Origin: Eledone cirrhosa
Lineage: Eukaryota
NCBI GenBank assembly: GCA_964016885.1
Contig: OZ024753.1
Coordinates: 9,238,001-9,302,000, forward strand
Direction of reading: 5' to 3'
Length of the DNA: 64,000 bases
The notes beneath the pieces are model-generated. The model saw nothing but the letters and a program-made list of their open reading frames with translations, was not told the DNA's origin and made no database searches. The position numbers and the translations under genes are program-made. Below, piece after piece: positions 12,668 through 25,417 of the stretch (the first letter of the stretch is position 1; each line of letters opens with the position of its first letter).

Positions 12668-13500
12668 ATCATATGTATTCTGCTCTTTAGAATAGGTACA
12701 CCATATTCTTGCAGGTATAATATATATGACAACATGTCCATATGTTTTCTGCTCTTTAGAATAGGTACACCGTATTCTTGCAGGTATAATAAATATGACA
12801 ACATGTCCATATTTTTTCTGCTCTTTAGAATAGGTACACCATATTCTTGCAGGGATAATATATATGACAACATGTCCATACGTATTCTGCTCTTTAGAAT
12901 AGGTACACCGTATTCTTGCAGGTATAATATATATGACAACATTTCCATATGTATTCTGCTCTTTAGAATAGGTACACCATATTCTTGCAGGTATAATATA
13001 TATGACAACATGTCCATATGTTTTCTGCTCTTTAGAATAAGTACGCTGTATTCTTGCAGGTATAATATATGACAACATGTTCATATGTTTTCTGCTTTTT
13101 AGAATAGGTACACTGTATTCTTGCAGGTATAATATATATGACAACATGTCCATATGTTTTCTGCTCTTTAGAATAGGTACACCATATTCTTGCAGGTATA
13201 ATAAATATGACAACATGTCCATATGTATTCTGCTTTTTAGAATAGGTACACTGTATTCTTGCAGGTATAATATATATGACAACATGTCCATATGTTTTCT
13301 GCTCTTTAGAATAGGTACACCATATTCTTGCAGGTATAATATATATGACAACATGTCCATATGTTTTCTGCTCTTTAGAATAGGTACGCCGTATTCTTGC
13401 AGGTATAATATATGACAACATGTCCATATGTATTCAGCTTTTTAGAATAGGTACACTGTATTCTTGCAGGTATAATATATATGACAACATGTCCATATGT
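12668..13500. repeat. 69-bp minisatellite (~12 copies)
   Basis: Unit ttctgctctttagaataggtacaccatattcttgcaggtataatatatatgacaacatgtccatatgt; yields 23-aa periodic ORFs. Confidence 0.95.
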
Positions 13501-14830
13501 GCCTTTGAGAAAAGATTCTAAATTGATAAAGAATTGAATATTAACTGTATACTTTGTGAAAAGTCCTATGGAATTTATGCAGGCAGATAGAAAACAAATC
13601 TGTACGTCTATTTATTATAGAATCTTTTAGAATCTTTTCTCAAAGGCACATATACATACACCTCTTTAAAATATACCCATCTTCCTACCATACTTTAAAG
13701 GGCATTATACACTCTATAATACTTGTTTACTCATTACCCTCATTCTATCTTCACCTTGTAAAATCCTTCATAACATATACATTTGTTTTTTTGACGTTAG
13801 AATATTCATCCGCAATCATTATTATTTTTTCTCTCTATCATAAATCTTTTTAATCTCAATTTCATCCTTAATTTATTATTTTTTTCTCCCCATCAACGAA
13901 CTCATTCTTAATACATATTAACTCTTTATTCGCATATATTATCAATTCCTTCAATATACAAACTTTAACTTCACATTATTTTTCTCAAATCCTTCTACAC
14001 ACAAACCTTAATAATTTTTCTCTTCGTTAATTTTGAAATTGCCACAATACTTATCAACATACACTTTTTTTGACGTTAGAATATTCATCCACAATTATTA
14101 TTTTTTCTCTCTATCTTCATACATAAATTCCCTTCGTTAATTTTCAAATTCCTTTAATTTATACATTATCTTCCAACGGTTCTCAACCTCTCTATGTAAA
14201 ACAATATATCTTTTTCTCAGTTATAAAAACTATCTCTTTCTCTCTATCACCCATCTCTCCCTCTCCACCTTCACTCTCATCTCCTCCCCCTTTTTTCATC
14301 CTTTCCACCCCCCCTCCCTAAATAAAATATTTTTTCCTCGCACATATCCTCCCTTCGTTAATTTTCAAATTTTTTTTAATTTATACATTATCTTCCAACG
14401 GTTTTCAACCTATCTATGTAAAACAATATATCTCCTCTCAGTTATAAAAACTATCTCTTTCTCTCTATCACCCATCTCTCCCTCTCATCTCCTTCCCTTT
14501 TTCATCCTTTCCACCCCCCCCCCTCTCTAAATAAAATATTTTTCCCAATATCACACATCAATCTAAAACCACTTTTCATATGTTGATTTAAAACTGCACT
14601 ATCCACAAGTGTTTTTTAGCCTTCATATCATGTTCTCCTGTTTTATCTGATGAAAACACAAATATTATTGCATGATGATGTTTGTTTTTGAAATGCGCAT
14701 AATAAAATACATGGAACTCCTTTAACCATCTTTTGATCTTATATTATGTATACTCCAGTCCTACAAACTGTAGAGTGCTTCTTATCCGATATCTGCATTG
14801 CTTTATTGTACTACAATAAAACTCACCTCC
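13496..14830 (+). mobile_element. Probable Penelope-like element 3' region (inverted junction, internal direct repeats, hammerhead, ends in (TA)n)
   Basis: IR 13496-13521/13627-13652; ~200-bp direct repeats ~14130-14335 and ~14351-14543; hammerhead motif at 14640-14708. Confidence 0.55.
14640..14708 (+). ncRNA. Type I hammerhead ribozyme with intact core and palindromic stem III
   Basis: Stem I UUUUAU/AUAAAA; CUGAUGA (14647-14653); imperfect stem II AAACACAAAUAUU../..GAUGUUUGUUUUU; GAAA (14690-14693); stem III palindrome AUGCGCAU; AUA cleavage triplet. Confidence 0.7.
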
Positions 14831-15321
14831 TACATATATATACATATATATATATACATATACATATATATACATATACATATATATAGTTATACTTGGG
14901 GAGGGTCATATTGTTGTAATAATATAGCCAGAAATAATAACAGAACACACTCACTGTTTGGTTGGTTTTCGCTTCTGTATCTTTTATATCTCCACAGTTA
15001 ATTCATTTGGTCCTCAATGTTTACCATTGACTGACCAACGGTCAAAAATACAGATATAAACACATATATATAGTCTAACAAAGTTCTTTTGTTGCACATC
15101 TGCAACATCATCAGTGGTACTATTATGTTCCTCCTGTTGTATTGTATGTCTACACCATTTTTTTAATTTTATCTGTTTATTTATTTATATATATAAATGA
15201 GGTTGGTGTTAGGAAGGGCATCCGGCTGTAGAAACCAAACCAGAATCAGTTCCCGTCCCACCCTTGCAAGCAGGGAAAAGTGGATGTAAAATGATGATGA
15301 TATATATATATATATATATAA

Positions 15322-15660
15322 ATGCGTAAAGACCTCCTTCGGTCATGGATCACCATGGGATTTGCAACTAGAAAGTTCCCCTCCACGGCACAAGTTCAGG
15401 CAAGGTTGTATGTGGAAGACCAGCAATCACTCAGGCATACCAGTCTTCCCTCTCCATGCCATCGATGTTGTCCAAGGGAAAGGCTAAGGCCAATACAGCT
15501 TGGCACCAGTGATGTCGCAACTCATTTCTACAGCTGAGTGAAATGGAACAACGTGAAATAAAGAGTCTTGTTCAAGGACACAAAGCCTGGTCCGAGAATT
15601 GAACTCACAACCTTACAATTTTAAGCCTGATGCTCTAAACACTAAGACATGCACCTTCAC
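15322..15660 (-). mobile_element. CORE-like tRNA SINE with a different 3' tail
   Basis: Reverse complement of the head/CORE (catttctacagctgagt..gtgaaataaagagtcttg..gagaattgaactc); tail unlike family A. Confidence 0.8.
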
Positions 15661-16065
15661 ATATATATGTGGAAGGGCATCCAGCCATAGAAACCAAGCT
15701 AGAAACAGTTCTGTATGAGCAAGACATAGTCACCTGATCTGAGTTGTCTAATAGGACACTTCGTCCAACCCATGCCAGCATGGAAAATGGACGTTAAACG
15801 GTGATGATGATGATTTATATATAATTTAAAAAAAAAAAACGTAGGAGAAATATAAGAAATAGAAACCTTGGAGTAGACAAACACTTGGACAATTCCCACT
15901 CAGCGCCTGTCTTCTGGAGCTCATTATAGTTTTGAATGTGTGTGTGTGTGTATATATGTCCACACACACACACACAAATACATATATATATATATATACG
16001 TTATTCCGGGTTGAATCGGAGGTAACCACAGTAAGTAAGGTACTCAATACATAGCAGAGTATAAC

Positions 16066-16163
16066 AGTTTTAATATAGATGAGATTCTACAGGACTAGAA
16101 CTGTTCCTGATGATTTCTAATGAATGAAACAGTTCTAGTCCTGTAGAATCTCATCTATATTAA

Positions 16164-16167
<4 letters not shown>
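16066..16167 (+). ncRNA. Perfect 40-bp-arm hairpin enclosing a hammerhead core
   Basis: Arms 16066-16105 and 16128-16167; UUC-CUGAUGA-UUUC(UAAU)GAAU-GAAA-CAG(loop)CUG-UA-GAA; followed by (TA)n. Confidence 0.7.
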
Positions 16168-16233
<66 letters not shown>

Positions 16234-16593
16234 GAAATAAAATGAAGTGAATGAGAATGTAAGTATTTGACAGATTCATCGCTGAAGAATCTCATCAAAA
16301 TTCTTGTTAAACCTCTCGACTATAACCGTTACAACATTGTGACAAAACTAATCTCTAAACACCATTTCTTTGCATATTATCTTCTCGTGGGATAACAATT
16401 ATAGTGAACTTTAAATAGATCGACCACAATAATGTCACCTTTATTACAACAGTGTAATATAGTAATATAGATGTCCACTGTTTTATTTACAGTTGTATAA
16501 ATAACATTACAGATTGTTCACAATTGTTCCAGAATGAAAATATAAACAAATATAATAAATACGATTAACTGTTGCTAAGAACCTGACAAATAT

Positions 16594-17336
16594 CTATCTA
16601 TATATATCTAGGGCAGGTAAAATTCCTGAGATCCATGGACGAGTTCTCTCCAGTGGTCTCTGTCCCTCATTATCGCTGCCATGTCCTGCGTCTCCAACAG
16701 ACCAGTGTCTGTCCTTAGGGCATCAACATATGTTAACCTCGGTCTTCCTCTTCCAGTGTGTCCATGCAGGGGCTCCCGCGGGAGCACTGAGTGCAGTGTC
16801 AACTCTGGATGTTGGTGAGCATGTCCAGCTAACCCCAGTCTCCTCTGTGTCACTTTTGAGCTGACTTTTGGGAGGCTCCCATACAGCTCTGAGTTCTTCA
16901 TCCTCAGTGTATACTGATGTGTATACTGATTAATATTCAGAGCCATCCTCAGCATTCTCGTGTAGCACCCATCCACCATCTGAGTGAGTTTCTTGGTCAG
17001 TGTCCAACTCTCAGACCCGTACAGCAGCACAGACTCCACTACAGCAACAAAGAGGTGGATCTTCAGGTCTTTACGAAGGTCCGACTTCCACACCGATCTC
17101 AAGCTGTGGTACGCCGCCCATGCTTTGCTCTTCCTGTCGACCACATCATCTTCTGTATTCCCAATCTTTGCTCCCAAATACAGGAACTCCTCAACCAATT
17201 CTAGCAGCTTCCTGCCTACATTAGTAATCTTCTCTGGCTTCTTAATATTCTCTACCAGATATTTCGTCTTAATCTCATTCATTCTCAGCCCCACACTCAT
17301 CGACACAGTCTCCACCTCCTGCATCAAATCCTCTGC
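16594..17336 (-). mobile_element. 5'-truncated RTE-like LINE (RT C-terminus, ORF 16608-17327) with 29-bp TSD
   Basis: GLRMNEIKTK, EFLYLGA, VESVLLYGSESW, GRGRP; TSD ttaactgttgcta(a/g)gaacctgacaaatat at 16565-16593 and 17337-17365. Confidence 0.9.
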
Positions 17337-17365
17337 TTAACTGTTGCTAGGAACCTGACAAATAT

Positions 17366-17524
17366 AATTGTTTCTACTTTTGGCACATGGCCAGCAATTT
17401 TACCCAGTGCATTACTGGTACTTTATTTTATCGACTCCGTAAGGATGAAAGGCAAACTTAACCTCGGCGGGATTTGAACTGAGAATGGCAATGGCCGTAA
17501 CTCTATGCGTAAAAGCATGTCGTC
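17366..17524 (-). mobile_element. SINE family B, 5'-truncated
   Basis: Reverse complement of the family B core; aacctgacaaat recurs at both sides. Confidence 0.8.
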
Positions 17525-17979
17525 AACCTGACAAATGTAATGCATTAAAGTATTCAACCAGAGCGAGAGAAAGGAAGAAAACTAAAAGGGAAACAAAAAC
17601 AAAACAAGCATCAATTCACCACCAAGTGTGAAAATCAGTTCCTCATCACAAGAGTCAACAGAATATTTTGAGGCATGCTAACACACTCACAGCATTACCA
17701 CAGGTGATGGTGAGGCTAAGGTGCTGAAACAATCAAGCACCCTCATGGGCATCACTTGACACCTCGGAAAGGTGAGCTGCCAACAAGTACAAGAACTTCG
17801 CTGTCAGCAGCTCAACTCCACGAAATGTCTCGAACACTACAGGCTGGGGTAAATAAATAAGAATGAATAAAAGTGAAAGAGTCTGAAGAGTATTTGTGAA
17901 GAAATACTATAATTTAGAATCCAAAGAGGATGAATCCTACAACAGTTTCAATGGGGAGCATACAGTTGTTCAAACCACA

Positions 17980-18170
17980 TAACAACTAACTCACTAACCC
18001 TTTTGTTACCAATCTGGTGACTCCTGTTATTAGTGACTGCTTGTGGTTTCCAAAGCACTAATGGGGACACAACCTCATAGGTGGCATGATGGCAGTGGCC
18101 AGCAAATCTTACGATCATTTTATGTACAACAACAGACATGCGTGGGAGGCCGGCATAAATCTCTCTCAAA
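17980..18170 (-). mobile_element. Degenerate RTE-like LINE C-terminal fragment
   Basis: EIYAGLPRMS..VRFAGHCHHA..SPLVLWKP, similar to the 16608-17327 protein. Confidence 0.6.
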
Positions 18171-18956
18171 GTCAGATGTCGCCATTTTATGTTCTGAATG
18201 TGTCAAAGCAGGTGAATGTAAGTGCCATCAAGGCGCTTTTCTTGTTTGGATGAAAGCGTCCATGTTAATATTGGTGGGATTTGAACTCAAAAGTCAGATT
18301 AGCAAAGAAAATACCACAAAGTATTTTATCCTATCTTCTAAGGACTTCCACCATCACCATTATCATCAACACCACCATCACCATTGCCACTCTCATCGCC
18401 CACCACCGCCAACATCACCACCACCATCATCACCTCCACCAACATAACCACTTTCACCATTACTCATTGCCGCTACCACCACCTCCACCACCAACATCAC
18501 CACCACCATCATCATCATCATCTTTGTCAACATTCTTTTGATAGAGTACGATAACACTTTAATCCAGCCACAATTAATCAAACTATTCTGTATTGTTATG
18601 ATATATAAATTAAGATTTTTCTACAATGCTATTATTACTTCAATGAAGACATAAGATATAGCAAAGAATGGTTAGCTAAGGCATGTATATAGTTGGGGGT
18701 AAGGTGAGAAGATGAGGGCAACAGTGTCTCACAAAAGACTCTGGCCTTTAACCACTTCCGCTGTAGAATGAGTTAACTGAAGCAGTTTATCATTACACCG
18801 TTTTCCAAAGACAATCTTGTGTAAAGCTTTTCAAAACCATTCACTGTTCTTGTACTTATATTAATCCAATCAATCAACAGATAGCAATGGCTGATGTATA
18901 TTAAATCATTAGAAATTTCTAAAAACCTGCCATATCACTACCGCTTCTACTGGCGT

Positions 18957-20290
18957 CATCACCATCAGCTCATCAACATTATCACCATCACCATCATCAT
19001 CGCAATCTCTACCATCAACATCACCATCACCTCTATCATCACCATCATCATCATCATTATCACCTCTATCATCACTATCACCATCAATTCCAACCACCAC
19101 TACTGTCACCATCACCATCACCTCTACCATCATCTCCACTCACCACTACCATCATCATTGCCATCACCTCAACCATTACCATCTCCACCCACCACTACCA
19201 TCACCACCACCTCTACCATCATCTCCCCCCACAACCACTGTTGCCACCACCATCACCTCCACCCACCACTACCATCATCATTACCATCACCACCGCCTCT
19301 ACCATCATCTCCCCCCACAACCACCACCATCACCCACCACTACCATCACCATCACCTCCACCCACCACTACCATCACCATCACCTCCACCCACCACTACC
19401 ATCACCATCACCTCCACCCACCACTACCACCACCATCACCACCACCTCTACCATCATCTCCCCCCACAACCACTGTTGCCATCACCATCACCTCCACCCA
19501 CCACCATTACCATCACCACCGCCTCTACCATCACAACCATTGTTGCCACCACCATCACCATCATCTCCACCCACCACCATCACCATCACTACCACCTCTA
19601 CCATCACCTCCCCCCACAACCAGTGTTGCCACCACCATCACCATCACCTCTACCATCATCTCCCCCCACAACCAGTGTTGCCACCACCATCACCTCTATC
19701 CACCACCATCACCACCACCTCTACCATCATCTCCCCCCACAACCACTGTTGCCACCACCATCACCTCCACCCACCACTACCATCATCATTACCATCACCA
19801 CCGCCTCTACCATCATCTCCCCCCACAACCACCACCATCACCCACCACTACCATCACCATCACCTCCACCCACCACTACCATCACCATCACCTCCACCCA
19901 CCACTACCATCACCATCACCTCCACCCACCACTACCACCACCATCACCACCACCTCTACCATCATCTCCCCCCACAACCACTGTTGCCATCACCATCACC
20001 TCCACCCACCACCATTACCATCACCACCGCCTCTACCATCACAACCATTGTTGCCACCACCATCACCATCATCTCCACCCACCACCATCACCATCACTAC
20101 CACCTCTACCATCACCTCCCCCCACAACCAGTGTTGCCACCACCATCACCATCACCTCTACCATCATCTCCCCCCACAACCAGTGTTGCCACCACCATCA
20201 CCTCTATCCACCACCATCACCACCACCTCTACCATCACCTCCCCCCACAACCACTGTTGCCACCACCACCACCACCACCATCACCTCCAC
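18957..20290. repeat. Compound (CAC/CAT)n repeat containing a ~508-bp tandem duplication
   Basis: The block starting at 19231 recurs at 19739. Confidence 0.9.
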
Positions 20291-20424
20291 CTCTTATTGT
20301 TATGCTTCATGATTCTTTGAACAACTTCTTCCCCAGAGAAGAAACACCAAAGTTGAAGTTAATAAAGTTAATTTTAAAGATAACACTAACAGTACTTTCA
20401 CTATAGTGTTATGACTGGTGTCCA

Positions 20425-20624
20425 TACTACTGCTGCTGCTGCTACTGCTGCTGCTGCTACTGCTGCTACTGCTACTGCTGCTGCTGCTACTGCTGCTACT
20501 GCTGCTGCTACTACTGCTGCTCCTACTACTGCTGCTCCTGCTGCTACTACTGCTGCTGCTACTACTGCTGCTACTACTGCTGCTACTACTACTGCTACTA
20601 CTGCTGCTGCTACTGCTGCTGCTG

Positions 20625-20659
<35 letters not shown>

Positions 20660-20793
20660 ACTACTGCTACTGCTGTTGCTACTACTGCTACTACTACTAC
20701 TGCTGCTACTACTACTACTACAACTGCTGCTGCTGCTGCTACTACTGCTACAACTACTGCTGCTACTGCTACCACTGCTACTACTACAACTAC
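20425..20793. repeat. (CTG/CTA)n microsatellite
   Basis: Direct reading. Confidence 0.95.
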
Positions 20794-20884
20794 TTAAGTG
20801 TTGTTGCTAAATATTGAGTCATATTCTCACCATTATTAAGAAGAAGAAAAAGGAGGAAAAATGAATCTATCAACTAACTCTGAA

Positions 20885-20924
<40 letters not shown>

Positions 20925-21575
20925 CTGAGGTGTATGTGAGTATGTATATATTATATATATATGTGTGTGAGTATATATATATATATATATGTATATATAT
21001 ACATATATATATATGTATGTATATGTACATATACATATGTATATATACATACATATATATATATATACATATATATATATGTATACATATGTACATATAA
21101 GATGGCTGCCCCCTCGTTATCGAGTATGGCCATTGCACGATATACCATTATTAATAATTATTAATTCTATCGTGCAATGCCTGTGCGTGAAGATATTTTT
21201 TAAAGTGCGGAAAGACTATGCACTGAGCCAATCCCACTCTCTGAGCGACAGTAGCTATAACCCGAAAAGAAGAAAAGATCAACATCATGGGTAACTACTG
21301 AGCCGCAGGTTTTATATCGGAGTTAACCCAGTTTACTGAGTTACCTTCTCCTAGAAGAATGCCCTGACAAAGTCTAGATACATATGTACATATACATATG
21401 CATACATACATGTATATACATGTATATATATATATATATATGTATATGTATATATGTATATACATGTATATATATGTATATGTATATGTATATATGTATA
21501 TACATGTATATATATATATATATATGTATATGTATATATGTATATACATATATATATGTATATGTATATATGTAT

Positions 21576-21613
<38 letters not shown>

Positions 21614-21665
21614 GTATATATATATATATACATATGTATATATACATATATATACACATATATAC

Positions 21666-21949
21666 CAGTGGCGAAGGGTAACCTGAAAAGCAGGGCATGC
21701 AGTCCAATCGCCATGGCGGAAAGTGGGGCTGTGCAGCCTTACACCCCCCCCCCCCACTAATTCCCTCTAAATGACCCTCCCGGTCAAAGCCGCATGTAGT
21801 GTTATCTAGTGTGTGTGTGTTATCTTTTTATGTGTCAACGATTTAGTAAGCAGCCAAAATTCTGCTTCCTTCAACCGACGCAATTGATCAACTCAAGATT
21901 CTATAATGCATGCAATGCATGCGTTGCATGCACGGACCCTTCGCCCCTG
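21666..21949. mobile_element. hAT-like MITE inserted in a TA/TG microsatellite
   Basis: TIR CAGTGGCGAAGGGT / ACCCTTCGCCCCTG; 8-bp TSD atatatac / gtatatac. Confidence 0.8.
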
Positions 21950-21984
21950 GTATATACATATATACATATACACACATATATATA

Positions 21985-22015
<31 letters not shown>

Positions 22016-22060
22016 GCATGTATATATATATATACATGTATATACATATACATTTATATA

Positions 22061-22110
<50 letters not shown>

Positions 22111-22183
22111 TGTATATATATATACATGTATATACATATACATATATATATATGTGTATATATATATATATATACATGTATAT

Positions 22184-25100
22184 CATCATCATCATCATCA
22201 TCAACGTTTAACGTCCGTGTTCCACGCTTGCATGGGTTTGGACGGGGGTAGTCCCACTTGAGGCAAGAGTGATTGTCTTGCTCGCATAGGACTGTCTGGT
22301 GGGTTTTCTACGGCTGGATGCCCTTCCTAACACCAACCACATTTACAGTGTGGGTCTGGGAGGTTTTTACCGTGTTGCCTACACGGCCACATTACAGCGT
22401 GGACTGTGTGTTTTTTTGTCGTGACACCTACACGATCTCATTTGTTTCGGCCTGGATGGCGCGGCACCAACATAACTTTACATAGAACGGGGTGGTGTGG
22501 ATGGGGTGGGGGGGGGGTGGGGTATTTTGTTAGAGATGCCGACCGGCAAGGTGGGTCTTCTCTGTTACTGAGTACCGCCAAAGGTCTCGGTCCAGTGACA
22601 TTGTCTTGGAGAGGTGTAAGTGTGTGAGGTCGGAGTTTATCAGCTCATCCCAGGTTTTTCTAGGTCTGCCTATTCCGTGGCTACCGTCTATCTTCATTGC
22701 CCTGCACTTTGTTATACAGCTATCGACTTTCATGCGCATCACGTGTCCATACCAACGCAGCCTTCTCTCGAGTAAACAACATCTGATCCCTCTTATCTCT
22801 AATTTTTTCCTTAGTTCGTTTATGCTTTGCCGTTCACGTATATTACTGTTACACATCCAGCGGAGCATGCAAGCTTCGTTCCTCTCTAGTCTGCATATAT
22901 CCTCTGCACACAATGCCCAGGTCTCACTACCATGCAACATTGCTGTTCGTATGCAGGCATCATACAACCTGCCTTTCATTTTTAGGGAGAACCCTTTAGC
23001 AGCTAATAGTGGTATAAGCTCTCTGAACTTTTTCCAACCAGTTCTGACTCTAGCTACAGTACTTTCAGAGCACCCTCCCCCACTGCTGATTTTATCGCCC
23101 AGGTAACGGAAGCTGTCCACTATTTCTATAGAACCCTCTGCGCAATTGAAAGAGCTAGTATTTTGTGGGCACTTGCTGCTACTTATTGCACCAGAACACC
23201 GGCCACATGTAAAATCTATGTTCTTAGTTAGCTTACCTGTGATCCCACTACATCTTTTATGCACCCATACTTTGCATTTAGGACATAAAATGGAGTTTCT
23301 ACCTACGCCTTTCCTACACACCGAGCACGACCATTTCCCAGAAGGGACCGCCGCCTTGTTTTCTTTCCTACAAACTAGAACTTTGGTCTTAGCCAGGTTA
23401 ATTTTAAGTCCTTTTGACTCTAGGCCGTGCTTCCATGTTTGGAATTTCTTCTCTAGCTCGGCCATTGATTCCGCTATGAGTGTCAGGTCGTCTGCGTATA
23501 GGAGTTCCCATGGGCAGCCTGTCTTGAACTCCTCTGTTATAGCCTGAAGGGCAATAATAAATAGTAGGGGACTGAGAACAGAGCCCTGATGGACGCCAAC
23601 TTTTACGCTAAACTCTTCACTATATTCGTTGTTAATTCTAACCTTGCTGACTGTTTCTTTATACATGGCTTGTATAGCCCTCACAAGCCATTCGTCAACG
23701 CCTAGTTTTCTAAGAGCCCACCAGATAATGGAGCGGGGGACTCTGTCGAAGGCTTTCTCCAGGTCGACAAAAGCTAAGTAGAGGGGTTTACCTTTAGCTA
23801 GGTACTTCTCCTGTAGTTGTCGTACTATGAAAAGAGCGTCTGTGGTGCTTTTGCCCGACACAAACCCGAACTGCATTTCATCTAGGTCAATTCTCTCTCT
23901 GATTAGTTGCGCTATTACTTTTTCCGTGACCTTCATGACCTGGTCGATTAATTTAATGCCTCTATAGTTACTCCTATCTAGGGCGTCTCCTTTACCCTTA
24001 TAACAGTTAACGATGATGCTGCTATGCCAGTCCTTCGGAACAACCCCATTCTGTACGACTTGGTTAACTATGCGGGTGACCATGGTGTGTCCCACCGTGC
24101 CAGATGCCTTCAGCATCTCAGCAACTATTTCCGAAGGCCCAGCCGCCTTACCCGTCTTCATATCCTTGATTGCCTTACTTATTATACTCCCCTCGACTAA
24201 CACTGCTGGTCCCTCTATTGGGTCGATATGGGGGAGACTGTCTTTCTCCCATTTGTTCTCCTCATTTAGTAGCCTTTCATAGTGACACTTCCAAGCTACC
24301 TTCTTATCAGTGTCGGTGATGGCAAGTATGCCATCATCGTTAAGTACACACTTCTCCCCGACAATATCACGGTTTTCCTTGACGCATTGCCTAGCAATCC
24401 TGAACACCTCACGTTTTTGGTCATCGCGTTGTAGAACATGCTTGAACTTTCTTTCCTCAGCTTCCCTTCTTGCTAAGTACACTTCTCTCCTAGCTTCCCT
24501 CCTGGCCACTTGATAGTCTACTCTACTTCCCCCATCCCGCCATACTTTCCAAGCCTGCTTTTTGGCCTTAATTGACCCCTCCACCCTACTGTTCCACCAC
24601 CATGTTACTCTCCTCCTGCCTACAGGCCTGCTCCAGCCACAGACTTCGTCTGTCGCCAACAGCAGGTTTGCTTTCAGAAATTCCCACTGTCCCTCTATAT
24701 TGTCCGATTCTAGATGCTCTTCCTTACTGTCGAAAGCATCAAGTAATATGCTTTGAAATTTATTTCTGGCTGTGGGGTCCTTTAGTTTCCATATTTTCCT
24801 CCTGAGGATAGTCCTCTTCTGCTGTCGAGTACGTCTCGTCCTGACTATGAGGTCGCTAATTATCAGTCTATGTTGGGAGGTGCATTCTTCATGGGGGAGG
24901 GATTTAGTGTTTACAACAGACACTCTGTCACGTCTTCTGGTAAGGATATAATCTACCTGGCTTGTGTGTTCCCCGGATCTATAGGTGATCAAGTGATTGT
25001 CACGTTTTTTGAAGTTAGTGTTACAGATAGTTAGGTTATTTGCATCACAGAATTCCAGGATTCTGGAGCCTTCCTCATTTCTAGTGCCAAACCCATAGCC

Positions 25101-25398
25101 TCCATGGATTTCGTCGTAGCCGTCACAATGTTGTCCAACGTGACCATTTAGGTCGCCTGCAATAATTATATAGTCACTGTCAGATATTTGGGAGGTAGTT
25201 AGCAACAGTGTCTCATAGAATCTGTCTTTTATAGTGCCGGGCAGTCCGGATTGGGGTGCGTACGCAGATATTACTGTCACCGTAGTTCTATTGAGGACAA
25301 GTCGTATTTTAATTATTCTGTCGTTCACTCTATTTACGTCTATTATCTTATCTGCCCACTTTTCTGCTACCATGATTCCTACTCCACCCAGCCCATCG
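22184..25398 (-). mobile_element. Young 5'-truncated RTE-clade LINE with complete 3'UTR and (GAT)n tail
   Basis: Uninterrupted ORF, 3'UTR ~22203-22529, (cat)n on the plus strand at 22184-22202, 5' junction into (TA)n at 25399. Confidence 0.95.
22530..25398 (-). CDS. RTE ORF: partial APE endonuclease, reverse transcriptase and PHD-type zinc finger
   Basis: GGVGI, SAYAP, GDLNGHVG, SQVDYIL, SQHRL (APE); NYRGIKL, QFGF, FVDLEKAFD, GVHQGSVLSP, YADD, FRYLG (RT). The N-terminal MCLHIYIYIY in the ORF track comes from the adjacent SINE/(TA)n, not the element. Confidence 0.95.
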
Positions 25399-25417
25399 TA
25401 TATATATATATATATAT

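Noticed and set aside
15074-15120. Minus-strand hammerhead (CUGAUGA-UGUUGCA/UGCAAC)
   Set aside because: GAAA is absent and stems I and III could not be formed convincingly.
18894-20810. Pro/His/Thr/Ala-rich mucin- or extensin-like ORFs
   Set aside because: Trinucleotide repeat translations, open in several frames with frame-shifting duplications.
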